From: a bacterium
GTDB taxonomy: Bacteria > UBA8248 > JACPRG01 > G963555815
Assembly: GCA_965218795.1 (NCBI GenBank)
Contig: OZ244653.1
Coordinates: 1 to 64,000, forward strand
Reading direction: 5' to 3'
Length of the DNA stretch: 64,000 nt
Of this stretch, positions 40,725-49,614 are shown piece after piece. Each line of letters opens with the position of its first letter. Position 1 is the first letter of the stretch. The notes below the pieces were generated by a model. The model worked only from the letters and a program-made list of their open reading frames with translations. It was not told the DNA's origin and ran no database searches. The position numbers and the translations under genes were made by a program.

Positions 40725-41420
40725 ATGTTCGTCTATTTGATCAGGCACGGTGAGACCCACTGGAACGTCGAGCAGCGCATCCTGGGCGCAACGGACATCG
40801 GGCTGACCGAAACCGGCCGGCTCCAGGCCCGGGCGCTTCGGGAAGCGTTCAGCGACCGGCCGATCCATGCCGTTTATTCGAGCGATCTGAGCCGGGCCTA
40901 CCAGACGGCCGAAATTCTGGCTGCGCCTCATCATCTGGAAGTTCGAACGCATACGGGTCTCCGGGAGATGAATCAGGGTGAGCTCGAGGGAATGACCTTC
41001 GAAGAACTCCGTGATCAACGCCCGGAATTTCTCGAATCCTGGCGGCAGGACCCGAGCACGGTCGTCATCCCGGGAGGCGAATCGCTCATCCAGCTTCAAG
41101 AGAGGGCCTGGAGCGCCCTCAAGGAAGTGGTCGAGTCCCATCCGGGCGACACTATCGCTCTGGTCAGCCACAACTTGGCGATCGTAGCCGCCCTGTGCCG
41201 GTTGCTCGGCCTGTCTTTGAGTCGGTTTCGTCAGCTTCGTCAGGGATATACCGGCGTGAGCCTTCTGGAATACGGAAAGCTGGGCTGGGCGGTCCACTCC
41301 ATGAATGTCATGACGCACCTTCACGGCGTCGATGGATATCTGGACCCCACGCTGCGAGCCTTATCTCATTTTTATCGAGAGGGGGAGCCCAGATGGTCGC
41401 CTGACGGGGGTTCGACGTAA
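40725..41420 (+). CDS. Histidine phosphatase family protein (GpmB/CobC-like)
   Basis: RHGET, SSDLSRA.QTA, LRE, PGGES, VSH. Confidence 0.9.
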   Translation: MFVYLIRHGETHWNVEQRILGATDIGLTETGRLQARALREAFSDRPIHAVYSSDLSRAYQTAEILAAPHHLEVRTHTGLREMNQGELEGMTFEELRDQRPEFLESWRQDPSTVVIPGGESLIQLQERAWSALKEVVESHPGDTIALVSHNLAIVAALCRLLGLSLSRFRQLRQGYTGVSLLEYGKLGWAVHSMNVMTHLHGVDGYLDPTLRALSHFYREGEPRWSPDGGST

Positions 41421-41474
41421 GGCGGGTGGTCGTTCTTCTGCTCGAATTGACGAGCCATCGCAGATAATTTCTTC

Positions 41475-42245
41475 ATGTCCATCTTGGATCATTTCAGTTT
41501 GGCGGGCCGGAAGGCCGTCGTGACGGGAGCCAGCAGCGGGATCGGCCGGGCCATCGCCGTCGGCCTTGCGGACGCGGGTGCGGATATCGTGGCTGCCGGA
41601 AGAGACCGCGATAGGCTCAGCGAGGTGGCCGAAGAAATTGGTTCGCTGGGCCGGCAGTGCCTCGTGGCCACAGTCGACGTGGGAGATGAGTCCTCCGTTC
41701 AGGCCTTCCAGCAAGAGGTGGAAAAGGCGTTCGGCGGGATTCACATTCTTGTGAACAGCGCGGGCGTGACCATCCGGAAAGCGATTGTCGAGTTGGCGTT
41801 GAGTGAGTGGGAGGAGGTTATCCGCACGAACCTGACCGGATGTTTTCTCACGGCGAAAACCTTTGGACCGATGTTGATCCGTCAAGGCGGGGGGAGGCTG
41901 ATCAACCTTTCGTCCATTCGGATCAACGTGTCCTCCCCTGGTTTGAGCGCCTACGCGAGCTCCAAGGGTGGGCTGGTCCCCTTGACCAAGACGCTGGCCC
42001 TGGAGTGGGTGGAGCATGGCGTGACGGCCAACGTCATCGCTCCCGGGTATGTCGATACCCCTTTGGTGGAATATGTGAAAGGACTTCCCGAGGCGTATGC
42101 TGATACGTTGCGGCCCATTCCGATGGGTCGTTGGGGAAAGCCCGAAGAAGTCGCTAGGGTGGCTGTGTTCTTGGCCTCGGAGGCCTCGGCCTATATCACG
42201 GGACAGGTCATCGTCGTGGATGGCGGACGCTTGGCCTGGTCTTGA
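41475..42245 (+). CDS. Short-chain dehydrogenase/reductase
   Basis: TGASSGIG, VNSAG, YASSK, IAPG, VDGG. Confidence 0.92.
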   Translation: MSILDHFSLAGRKAVVTGASSGIGRAIAVGLADAGADIVAAGRDRDRLSEVAEEIGSLGRQCLVATVDVGDESSVQAFQQEVEKAFGGIHILVNSAGVTIRKAIVELALSEWEEVIRTNLTGCFLTAKTFGPMLIRQGGGRLINLSSIRINVSSPGLSAYASSKGGLVPLTKTLALEWVEHGVTANVIAPGYVDTPLVEYVKGLPEAYADTLRPIPMGRWGKPEEVARVAVFLASEASAYITGQVIVVDGGRLAWS

Positions 42246-42353
42246 ATCCGGAGCCGGATTTTCCTGAGAATGGGCTGATCGGGCGCGAAAGAGGTATGGT
42301 TGGAGGACGGCGGCTTGTTCCCGCGCGGCGGAAACCGCCAGGAGCGGAGAATC

Positions 42354-42560
42354 TCAAATGCCCCGGTCGTCGTACGGATCGGCCTTTTTCTCTTCCTCAA
42401 CCTTCCGGTAGTCATTCTGAAAGTCTTCGACGAGCTGGTCGATCTCGTTCTTCGCGGGGTTTTCACCCGATTGCCTGAAGCGGGTCACGAAGTACGCCAC
42501 AACGAGCGCCAGCAATATCCCGACGGCCAGCCCATCAAGGAAGAGGCGGTAAGAACCCAT
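42354..42560 (-). CDS. Small single-TM hypothetical protein (68 aa)
   Basis: ATG preceded by aggag; N-terminal TM helix and charged tail. Confidence 0.5.
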   Translation of the reverse strand: MGSYRLFLDGLAVGILLALVVAYFVTRFRQSGENPAKNEIDQLVEDFQNDYRKVEEEKKADPYDDRGI

Positions 42561-43048
42561 CGCTCTCTTCTCCTGCCCTTCAGAGGATTCGAGTCCAAAT
42601 TACTTGTTCGGATCGCGTGTTGTCAACGGGTCCATCCTTCTCATCGATCCCCCGTTTGAGCGGGAGCCGGGGTTCAGAAAAATCCATTCCAGGGCGGCTT
42701 TTGGGGAGGCAACGCGCCCCCGCGATGTAGCGGCACCCCGCGAAAATGGAGCAGGCCGCGCTTGCCGCCTATCGCAAGCAGGATGTCTTAACGAAGTAGC
42801 CGGTTGCCTCAAGGCCAATGCTTCCGAAGAGCAAATTCGCGTGGAATGTCCCCCCCCAGGCCCATTGGCCTTCCCCCGCTCACCAGAGGGATGCGCTTGC
42901 GGTGGGAACGCCCCTCATGCAAGATGTTGCGGAATTTCCGTTCGGCCTTGCAGCCTGATAGAAGATCTTCGGGGAAAGGATGCCATCGGGATTGCATAAG
43001 ACCGGCGCCCCTCGCAAATAGCAGAAGATAATTCGAAACCGGCTTGTC

Positions 43049-44517
43049 ATGTTCTTCCGCACAATCATGGTATGGATTCAGAAGATTTTGTTGTTGCTTG
43101 TTTCATCGGCCCTGGCTCTGGTCGGAGCTGAAGTTTTCGTTCGCTATTACGAGCCGCAGGTTCTGAGCTTTCCGCACTCCCGGAAGAACTTCGCGCCACC
43201 CATCTTTCAGGCAAACGACAAGTGGCTCTTCGAGTTGCGTCCGGGGACCGATTACGACCATAAAAGCCCGTATGGAGACTTCCGGGTCAATGTGCGCGTA
43301 AATCGGGAAGGGTTCCGGGGACGGGAGATATCGGCGCAGAAGCCCGCCGGGACTTTTCGAATCTTCCTTCTAGGGGATTCGTTTACCTTCGGACTCGGTG
43401 TCGAGAATGACGAAACCTATGCGGCCGTATTGGAGGCTGGGTTAAACGAAGACGCCAGGAACGGTCCACGTTACGAGGTTATCAATGGCGGCGTTCGGGG
43501 TACAACTTGGCGCATTATTACCTCGCACTCCAACACAAGGTCTTCCGGTACGATCCGGATTTGATCCTCATCGGAATTCTGCCTTGGAACGATTGGGATC
43601 TGGCCAAACAAGACTGGGTGGCAGAACGGAACGGATTGCCCGACGCCCTGCGTCAAGAATTGTTCGTCGACGCCGAAGGGCGGGTGCGGCTGAAAAATGC
43701 GGATGTCCTTCAGGTCCAATCGACCCGGTTCAATTTCCTGCCCGAGTGGATGAAATGGCTCCTGCGCGAACATTTGCACGTTTACCATTTCCTCGGGGAA
43801 CGTCTGGACCGGTATCGAAATAACCTTCGGGAATCTTCGAAACGAGAGTTTTGGGGAAAGGCGGAAGCCGCGGAGCTTACGGAGGACTCCTTACGATCTC
43901 AGGGGCTGAGCCCCGAAGCCATCCGGGCAAGGCTGAAAGAGCAGAAACGGCAAAATTGGCTGAAGGGGTTGGCTCTCCTGGAGGCAATCGTTCAGCGGGT
44001 CAGAGCTCAGGCCACGCTGTTGGGAGTGATGCTCCTCCCTCACCTTTACGAATCCCATTCTGACATCCTGATCCCGCAATTTACCTATTGGCCCAGTCAA
44101 GACACTGGGAGGCTGCTTCTACAATGGCTGGGGAAACGAAAAGTTCCAGTTCTGAATTTAGTTCGGCTTTTGGATCCACATGACGAAAAACGCCTGTACC
44201 TGCGTTACGATAAACACTTCACCCCGCTCGGAAACCGGTTGGTGGCCCAGGCGCTCATCTCGTTTCTGCGAAATCATCAGCTGCTTCCCGCTCAAGAGGC
44301 TGCGGGAAAGGAACGTATTTCAAGCAAGAAGGAAGTAGAAAATGAACGTGATCGTCAAACTGGGCAAACTTCTTTACAAGGGATGGATGGCGTTCGCCTA
44401 CGCGTTGGGATGGGTCAACACCCGAATCCTCCTCGTGCTGTTCTTTTTTCTGGTCATCACGCCCGTGTCCCTGGTTCTGCGGATGATTGGCAAGGACCCG
44501 CTCTTGCGGCGCTCTGA
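43049..44517 (+). CDS. Membrane-anchored SGNH/GDSL-fold protein; frameshift at the G4 run 43497-43500; true 3' end probably near 44340
   Basis: N-terminal TM ending E.FVR, N..GFRG, LGDSFTFG, NGGV(R)GY after adding one base, ND, DKHF..GN; current stop overlaps the next gene by 176 nt. Confidence 0.75.
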
Positions 44518-44593
44518 GCCTGATTTGAAAAGTTACTGGATTGCCAGGGAGAAGGGGTCCTTCGACCGCGAGTCCTACCTGCGGCAGTTCTAG
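44342..44593 (+). CDS. SxtJ-family small membrane protein
   Basis: WM.FA..LG..NT.I.L...FF..ITP, GKDPL, SYW, terminal QF. Confidence 0.8.
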   Translation: MNVIVKLGKLLYKGWMAFAYALGWVNTRILLVLFFFLVITPVSLVLRMIGKDPLLRRSEPDLKSYWIAREKGSFDRESYLRQF

Positions 44594-44627
44594 GGATCCC
44601 ATGAGTTGATGAATGAGAAGGAACTCG

Positions 44628-46376
44628 ATGGCCACTCATATCCTCGGGATCTCCTGCTTCTACCATGACGCGGCCGCCTGCCTGGTCCGGAACGGGGAGA
44701 TCATCGCGGCCGCTTCCGAAGAGCGGTTCACACGAAAGAAGCACGACGCGGACTTTCCCCTGAATGCGGCCCGGTACTGTCTGGAAGAGGGCAAGATCGG
44801 GATGGCCGACTTGGATTACGTGGGCTTTTACGACAAGCCCTTCACGAAGTTCGAACGGATACTGGAGACCTATCTGGCCGTCGCGCCGCGCGGTATCAAG
44901 TCATGGGTCATGGCCGTTCCGCTCTGGCTCAAAGAAAAAATCTTCATGCGGAAGACCATCCATGAAATGCTGCCCGATTACGGAGGGGATGTTCTTTTCT
45001 CAGAGCATCACGAGTCCCACGCGGCCAGCGCCTTCTACTGCTCGCCCTTTGATGAGGCCGCCATCCTGACGCTGGACGGCGTCGGGGAGTGGGCCACGGC
45101 CGCCAAGGGGGTGGGGCGGGGGGAGAGGCTCAAGCTTACCCACGAGATTCGATTCCCCCACTCCCTGGGACTCCTGTACACCGCCTTGACGTATTATCTC
45201 GGTTTCAAGGTCAACAGCGGGGAATACAAGGTCATGGGTCTGGCGCCGTACGGCGAGCCCAAGTACTTCGACCTGATGATGGAGAATCTGGTGGACGTCA
45301 AGCCGGATGGAAGCTTCCGGCTGAACATGGATTACTTTGCCTACACGCATGACCTGAAAATGATCAACCAGCGGTTCAATCAACTGTTCGGAGGCCCTCC
45401 GCGCGTTCCCGAAACATGGCTCGAACAACGGGAATTCGATATCGCCGCGTCGATTCAGAAGGTGACCGAAGAAATCGTTTTGCGCCTCTGCCGGAGTCTT
45501 CACGCCGAAACCGGGCTCGACAACATCTGTCTGGCCGGCGGCGTGGCGCTCAACTGCGTGGCCAACGGAAAGATCCTGAAAGAGACACCGTTCAAGGACA
45601 TCTATGTCCAACCAGCCGCGGGAGACGCCGGGGGCGCGGTCGGGGTGGCGAAGCTCATCTGGCACCGCTATTTGGGGAAGGAGCGGCAGCGTCCGCTGCC
45701 CAACGCCTACCTGGGGCCCGAATATTCCAATGAGGAGATTCGCAGGTTCCTCGACGACAAGGCCGTTCCCTATCGGGAGGTGACGTCGGAGGATCTGACC
45801 GACGAAGTGGCCCGCCTGATTGAAGAGAAGAACGTCATCGGGTGGTTCCAGGGCCGCATGGAGTTCGGCCCGCGCGCCCTTGGCAGCCGGAGCATCTTGG
45901 GCGATGCCAGGGACCCGGAGATGCGAAGCACCGTGAACATGCGCATCAAGTTCCGAGAGGGTTTTCGGCCCTTTGCCCCCTCAGTGACGATGGAGGGCTG
46001 CTCGGAATGGTTCGATCTGGAGCACCCGAGCCCCTATATGTTGTTGGTGGCCGACGTACGCGAAGGAAAGCGGGAAATTCCCTCGGTGACCCATGTGGAT
46101 AATTCCGCCAGGATTCAGACCGTCACCGAAGAGGAGAACCCCCTCTACTACCGCCTGCTCAAGGCGTTCGAGGCGCGGACTGGGGTTCCGGTGATCATCA
46201 ACACGTCGTTCAACGTGCGAGGCGAGCCGATCGTTCGTACCCCGGCGGACGCCTACCTCTGTTTCATGCGGACGGACATGGATTTTCTGGCGATCGGGAA
46301 CTTCCTGCTCGACAAGAAATCGCAGCCGGAACTGAAGGACGATGTGGACTGGCGGTCGCAGTTTGAGTTGGATTAG
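44628..46376 (+). CDS. NodU/CmcH/SxtI-family O-carbamoyltransferase
   Basis: YHDAAA, EERF.R.KH, HHESHA, DGVGE, KVMGLAPYG, AGGVALN, EFGPRALG.RS, RPFAP, HVD.SAR.Q, NTSFN. Confidence 0.95.
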   Translation: MATHILGISCFYHDAAACLVRNGEIIAAASEERFTRKKHDADFPLNAARYCLEEGKIGMADLDYVGFYDKPFTKFERILETYLAVAPRGIKSWVMAVPLWLKEKIFMRKTIHEMLPDYGGDVLFSEHHESHAASAFYCSPFDEAAILTLDGVGEWATAAKGVGRGERLKLTHEIRFPHSLGLLYTALTYYLGFKVNSGEYKVMGLAPYGEPKYFDLMMENLVDVKPDGSFRLNMDYFAYTHDLKMINQRFNQLFGGPPRVPETWLEQREFDIAASIQKVTEEIVLRLCRSLHAETGLDNICLAGGVALNCVANGKILKETPFKDIYVQPAAGDAGGAVGVAKLIWHRYLGKERQRPLPNAYLGPEYSNEEIRRFLDDKAVPYREVTSEDLTDEVARLIEEKNVIGWFQGRMEFGPRALGSRSILGDARDPEMRSTVNMRIKFREGFRPFAPSVTMEGCSEWFDLEHPSPYMLLVADVREGKREIPSVTHVDNSARIQTVTEEENPLYYRLLKAFEARTGVPVIINTSFNVRGEPIVRTPADAYLCFMRTDMDFLAIGNFLLDKKSQPELKDDVDWRSQFELD

Positions 46377-46412
46377 ATCCGAACGAGGCCGGGGAACGCT
46401 GGGATTCAACAG

Positions 46413-46451
46413 AAAAAGAGCCGGGAGTCCGTCGTCTGACTCCCGGCTCTT
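46413..46451 (-). terminator. Intrinsic terminator between convergent genes
   Basis: 14-bp stem aagagccgggagtc / gactcccggctctt with a T-run on the minus strand. Confidence 0.75.
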
Positions 46452-46509
46452 AGTTCGATCGCCGCGTTGGGTCCCGGCGGCGCGGGCCGCGGGAACCTGC
46501 TCTCACCGG

Positions 46510-46668
46510 CTAGAAAATCGCATAAATAAACGGCGCCAGCGCCGACCCTTCCGTGAAGATAATCAGGAAGCTTAAAAGCACCAACATGAGCAGAATCGGG
46601 GTAAGCCACCATTTCTTGCGGTGCTTGAGAAAGTCCCAGAACTCAACCATCAAGCTCACGTTGCCCAT
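46510..46668 (-). CDS. SxtK/DUF5989-family 52-aa membrane peptide
   Basis: MGNVSLMVEFWDFLKHRKKWWLTP-(TM)-EGSALAPFIYAIF; RBS aggag upstream of ATG 46668. Confidence 0.85.
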   Translation of the reverse strand: MGNVSLMVEFWDFLKHRKKWWLTPILLMLVLLSFLIIFTEGSALAPFIYAIF

Positions 46669-46868
46669 GCTTCCAACTCCTGTGATATCAAAAATGTGAC
46701 CGGGGGGAGCCTCCGACCTGGAACCGCCGCCCCAACGCGGGCCTATATATAGCACACAGGCATCCGGGACGCCAAGGGAATCGTTGATCATCGGAAGATG
46801 GCTGTGATAGGTTGATTTCGTACACGATTTCGGGAAGCGTCTCGCCTCACCCTCCCTTGAATGACCCC

Positions 46869-47255
46869 ATGATTCGTCTGAAGAGTATCTACGCCGAAGC
46901 CGAACCTGAGGACGGTACGCGTATCCTCGTCATGCGCCGGTGGCCGAGGGGTGTCAAGAAGGAGCGGATCGATGAGTGGGTCCGGGGCGTGAGCCCCAGC
47001 TGGGCACTATTGCAGGCCCGCCAGTCCAAGGAAATCGCCGCTTCCCGTTTTTTCGAGAAATACCGGCGGGAAATGTCCGCTCAGACGGAGGTTCTGGAAG
47101 AGCTCGCCCGACGGGAAAAAGCGGAGACCCTGACCTTGCTCTGTTGGGAAGCGAAGGATGAGGATTGCCACAGACATGTGCTGAAGGCCCTCATCGAAGA
47201 AACCGGAAGCCGGTCCGAGCAGCCCTTGAAGACCCGGAGGAAGCGATCCAGGTGA
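46869..47255 (+). CDS. DUF488/YeaO-family protein
   Basis: DG.RILV.R.WPRG.KK, SPS..L, F...Y..E, LLCWE....CHR. Confidence 0.85.
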   Translation: MIRLKSIYAEAEPEDGTRILVMRRWPRGVKKERIDEWVRGVSPSWALLQARQSKEIAASRFFEKYRREMSAQTEVLEELARREKAETLTLLCWEAKDEDCHRHVLKALIEETGSRSEQPLKTRRKRSR

Positions 47256-49372
47256 GCGCCCGCCGTTACAAACTGGCCGTCCCGACCGGCCCGAGCTCCT
47301 CTTCTATCGATTATGCCGTCGAACTGAACGATCAACAGTTGGAGGTCGTCATGGCGGAGAGCGGCCCGATGCTCGTCATCGCCGGAGCGGGAAGTGGGAA
47401 GACCCGCACGGTGACCTACCGGCTGGCCCGCCTCATCGAATCGGGCGAAAACCCCGGGCGGATCCTGCTGCTGACGTTTACCAACAAGGCCGCCGGCGAG
47501 ATGCTCCGGCGAGCGGAGGGCTTGGTCCGGGCCAATGTCCGCCACGTCTGGGGGGGGACCTTCCATCACGTCGGCAACCTCATTCTGCGCCGGCATGCGA
47601 AAGCAATCGGCCACCGCGGAAACTATTCCATCCAGGATCGGGAGGATTCCGCCGACCTGATCGATACCTGCGCGGCAGAGTCCGGGATCAACCCGAAAGA
47701 GCGCTTTTTCCCCAAAGGGGCTGTTCTGCGGGACATTTTGAGCTATTCCCTCAACACCGACAGGCCCGTTGAGGAAATCGTCCTTCAGCGTTACGGGGGG
47801 TTCCAGGACTGTCTCCCGAAGATGAAGGAGGTCTATGGCCGGTATGCTGAACGCAAGATCGAGATGAACGTCCTGGATTTCGATGATTTGCTCACCCTTT
47901 GGCTTCGTTTGCTGGAGGATCAGCCGGATATCCGGTCCCAGTACCAGGAGCAGTTTCGCCACATTCTTGTCGACGAGTACCAGGACACCAATCACCTGCA
48001 AGGGCGGCTGATCGATCTGCTGGCCGACGGACATCGGAACCTCATGGTGGTCGGCGACGACGCGCAGAGCATCTATTCGTTTCGCGGTGCGGACTTCACG
48101 AACATTCTCGAGTTCCCCAAACGGTATCCCGACGCGGCCATCCATCGGTTGGAATTCAATTACCGGAGCAGTCCGGAAATCCTTCAGCTGGCCAACGCCA
48201 GCATCTCGGTGAACGCTCACCAGTTTGAAAAGCGGCTCCGGGCCGAGCAGCCGCCGGGCGAGCGTCCCGCCGTGATTCCGGTTCGGGACGTCCTCCAGCA
48301 GGCCGACTTCGTTTGTCAGCGGGTGTTGGAGCTGCGCGACGAGGATGTTCCGCTGGAAGAGATTGGGGTTCTCTACCGGGCGCATTTCCATTCCATGGAA
48401 TTGCAGATGGAGCTGACGCGGCGCGGGGTTCCTTTCCAGGTTCGATCGGGTCTCCGGTTTTTCGAACAGCGTCACGTCAAAGACGCAACCGCTCATCTGA
48501 AGGTGGTCGTGAATCCAAGGGATGAGATCGCCTGGAAGCGCGTATTGCAGCTGCTCCCCGGCGTTGGAAAGGCGACGGCCCACAGGTTTTGGCGCGCCGT
48601 CTGCGCATCCTCCGATCCACTCGGGGAACTGGGGAGCGAGGGGTTCCAGGCCATTTTCCCCAAGCGCGCCAAGGGTGAATGGCGGCGGCTGGCCGAGACC
48701 CTCCAGGACATGCGCGGGGAGGCTAGAGAGGACGGTCCGGCAGAAATGATTCGCCTCGTCCTGGACCACGGCTACCGGGACTACCTGAGCCGCCATTTTC
48801 CAAATGCCGCCGCGCGGATGGAGGATCTGGAGCAGTTGGCACGTTTCGCGGAGCAATTCGAGGCGACGGATGCCTTCTTGAGCGAGCTGGCCCTGATGAC
48901 GACGGTGGGCGAGGATACCGCGGAGGAAGAGGATCCGGACGGGTTGCTGGTCCTCAGCTCGGTCCACCAGGCGAAGGGGCTGGAGTGGAAGGTGGTGTTC
49001 GTGTTGTGGCTTGTCGAGGAGCGCTTCCCTTCGGGGCTCGCCCTCCGGGAAAGCGGGGAGGACGAGGAGGAGCGCAGGCTCTTTTACGTCGCTGTGACGC
49101 GCGCGAAGAAAAACCTGTACCTATGCTATCCGTTGCTGGAGATGGGCCGACACCGAACGGGCACCCTGACCAAACCCTCCCGCTTTCTGAAAGAACTGCC
49201 GGAAACGGTCTACGAGCAGTGGACCATAGAGGAGGATTCCTTCGGTCGCCCGGAAGAGCCGGAAGGCGGAGAAGGGGGAAACGGGCGTCCGGCCGGGTCG
49301 CATTCCAGGGCCGGGGGAGACGATCGTTGGGTGGATGAACATTTTGAACAGAGGGACCCTGCGGATTTTTAG
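47252..49372 (+). CDS. UvrD/PcrA/Rep-family SF1A DNA helicase
   Basis: AGAGSGKT, TFTNKAA, DEYQD, VGDDAQSIYSFRGA, NYRS, HQAKGLEW, EERRLFYVAVTRA. Confidence 0.95.
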   Translation: MSARRYKLAVPTGPSSSSIDYAVELNDQQLEVVMAESGPMLVIAGAGSGKTRTVTYRLARLIESGENPGRILLLTFTNKAAGEMLRRAEGLVRANVRHVWGGTFHHVGNLILRRHAKAIGHRGNYSIQDREDSADLIDTCAAESGINPKERFFPKGAVLRDILSYSLNTDRPVEEIVLQRYGGFQDCLPKMKEVYGRYAERKIEMNVLDFDDLLTLWLRLLEDQPDIRSQYQEQFRHILVDEYQDTNHLQGRLIDLLADGHRNLMVVGDDAQSIYSFRGADFTNILEFPKRYPDAAIHRLEFNYRSSPEILQLANASISVNAHQFEKRLRAEQPPGERPAVIPVRDVLQQADFVCQRVLELRDEDVPLEEIGVLYRAHFHSMELQMELTRRGVPFQVRSGLRFFEQRHVKDATAHLKVVVNPRDEIAWKRVLQLLPGVGKATAHRFWRAVCASSDPLGELGSEGFQAIFPKRAKGEWRRLAETLQDMRGEAREDGPAEMIRLVLDHGYRDYLSRHFPNAAARMEDLEQLARFAEQFEATDAFLSELALMTTVGEDTAEEEDPDGLLVLSSVHQAKGLEWKVVFVLWLVEERFPSGLALRESGEDEEERRLFYVAVTRAKKNLYLCYPLLEMGRHRTGTLTKPSRFLKELPETVYEQWTIEEDSFGRPEEPEGGEGGNGRPAGSHSRAGGDDRWVDEHFEQRDPADF

Positions 49373-49614
49373 CCGAGGCGGATTCCGGGCGGTGGGCAGG
49401 GTACTCAGGCCCTGAAGCCCTCCGGATGATGCGCCGCCGGAGGTTGTTGACATTCTCGATGGGCCTATTAGATTGGAAGCGTTCTGTGGTGGGCATGTGG
49501 CGAATCCGCCAGGAAGGGGTTTCCCTTGCTCCTGAGCGGGCAGGGAATACGGACGGCGGCAACGTCGAGACCCGAATCCAGTCCGGAATTGCTTCATTCG
49601 ATACGGGGGATTCC

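Noticed and set aside
44342-46668. Saxitoxin biosynthesis cluster
   Set aside because: Only sxtI/J/K-like genes; no sxtA, sxtG or other core genes in the window
47081-48967. Long antisense ORFs (also 8346-9872, 11636-13162, 50431-52125 and others)
   Set aside because: Shadow frames of high-GC genes with no recognisable motifs
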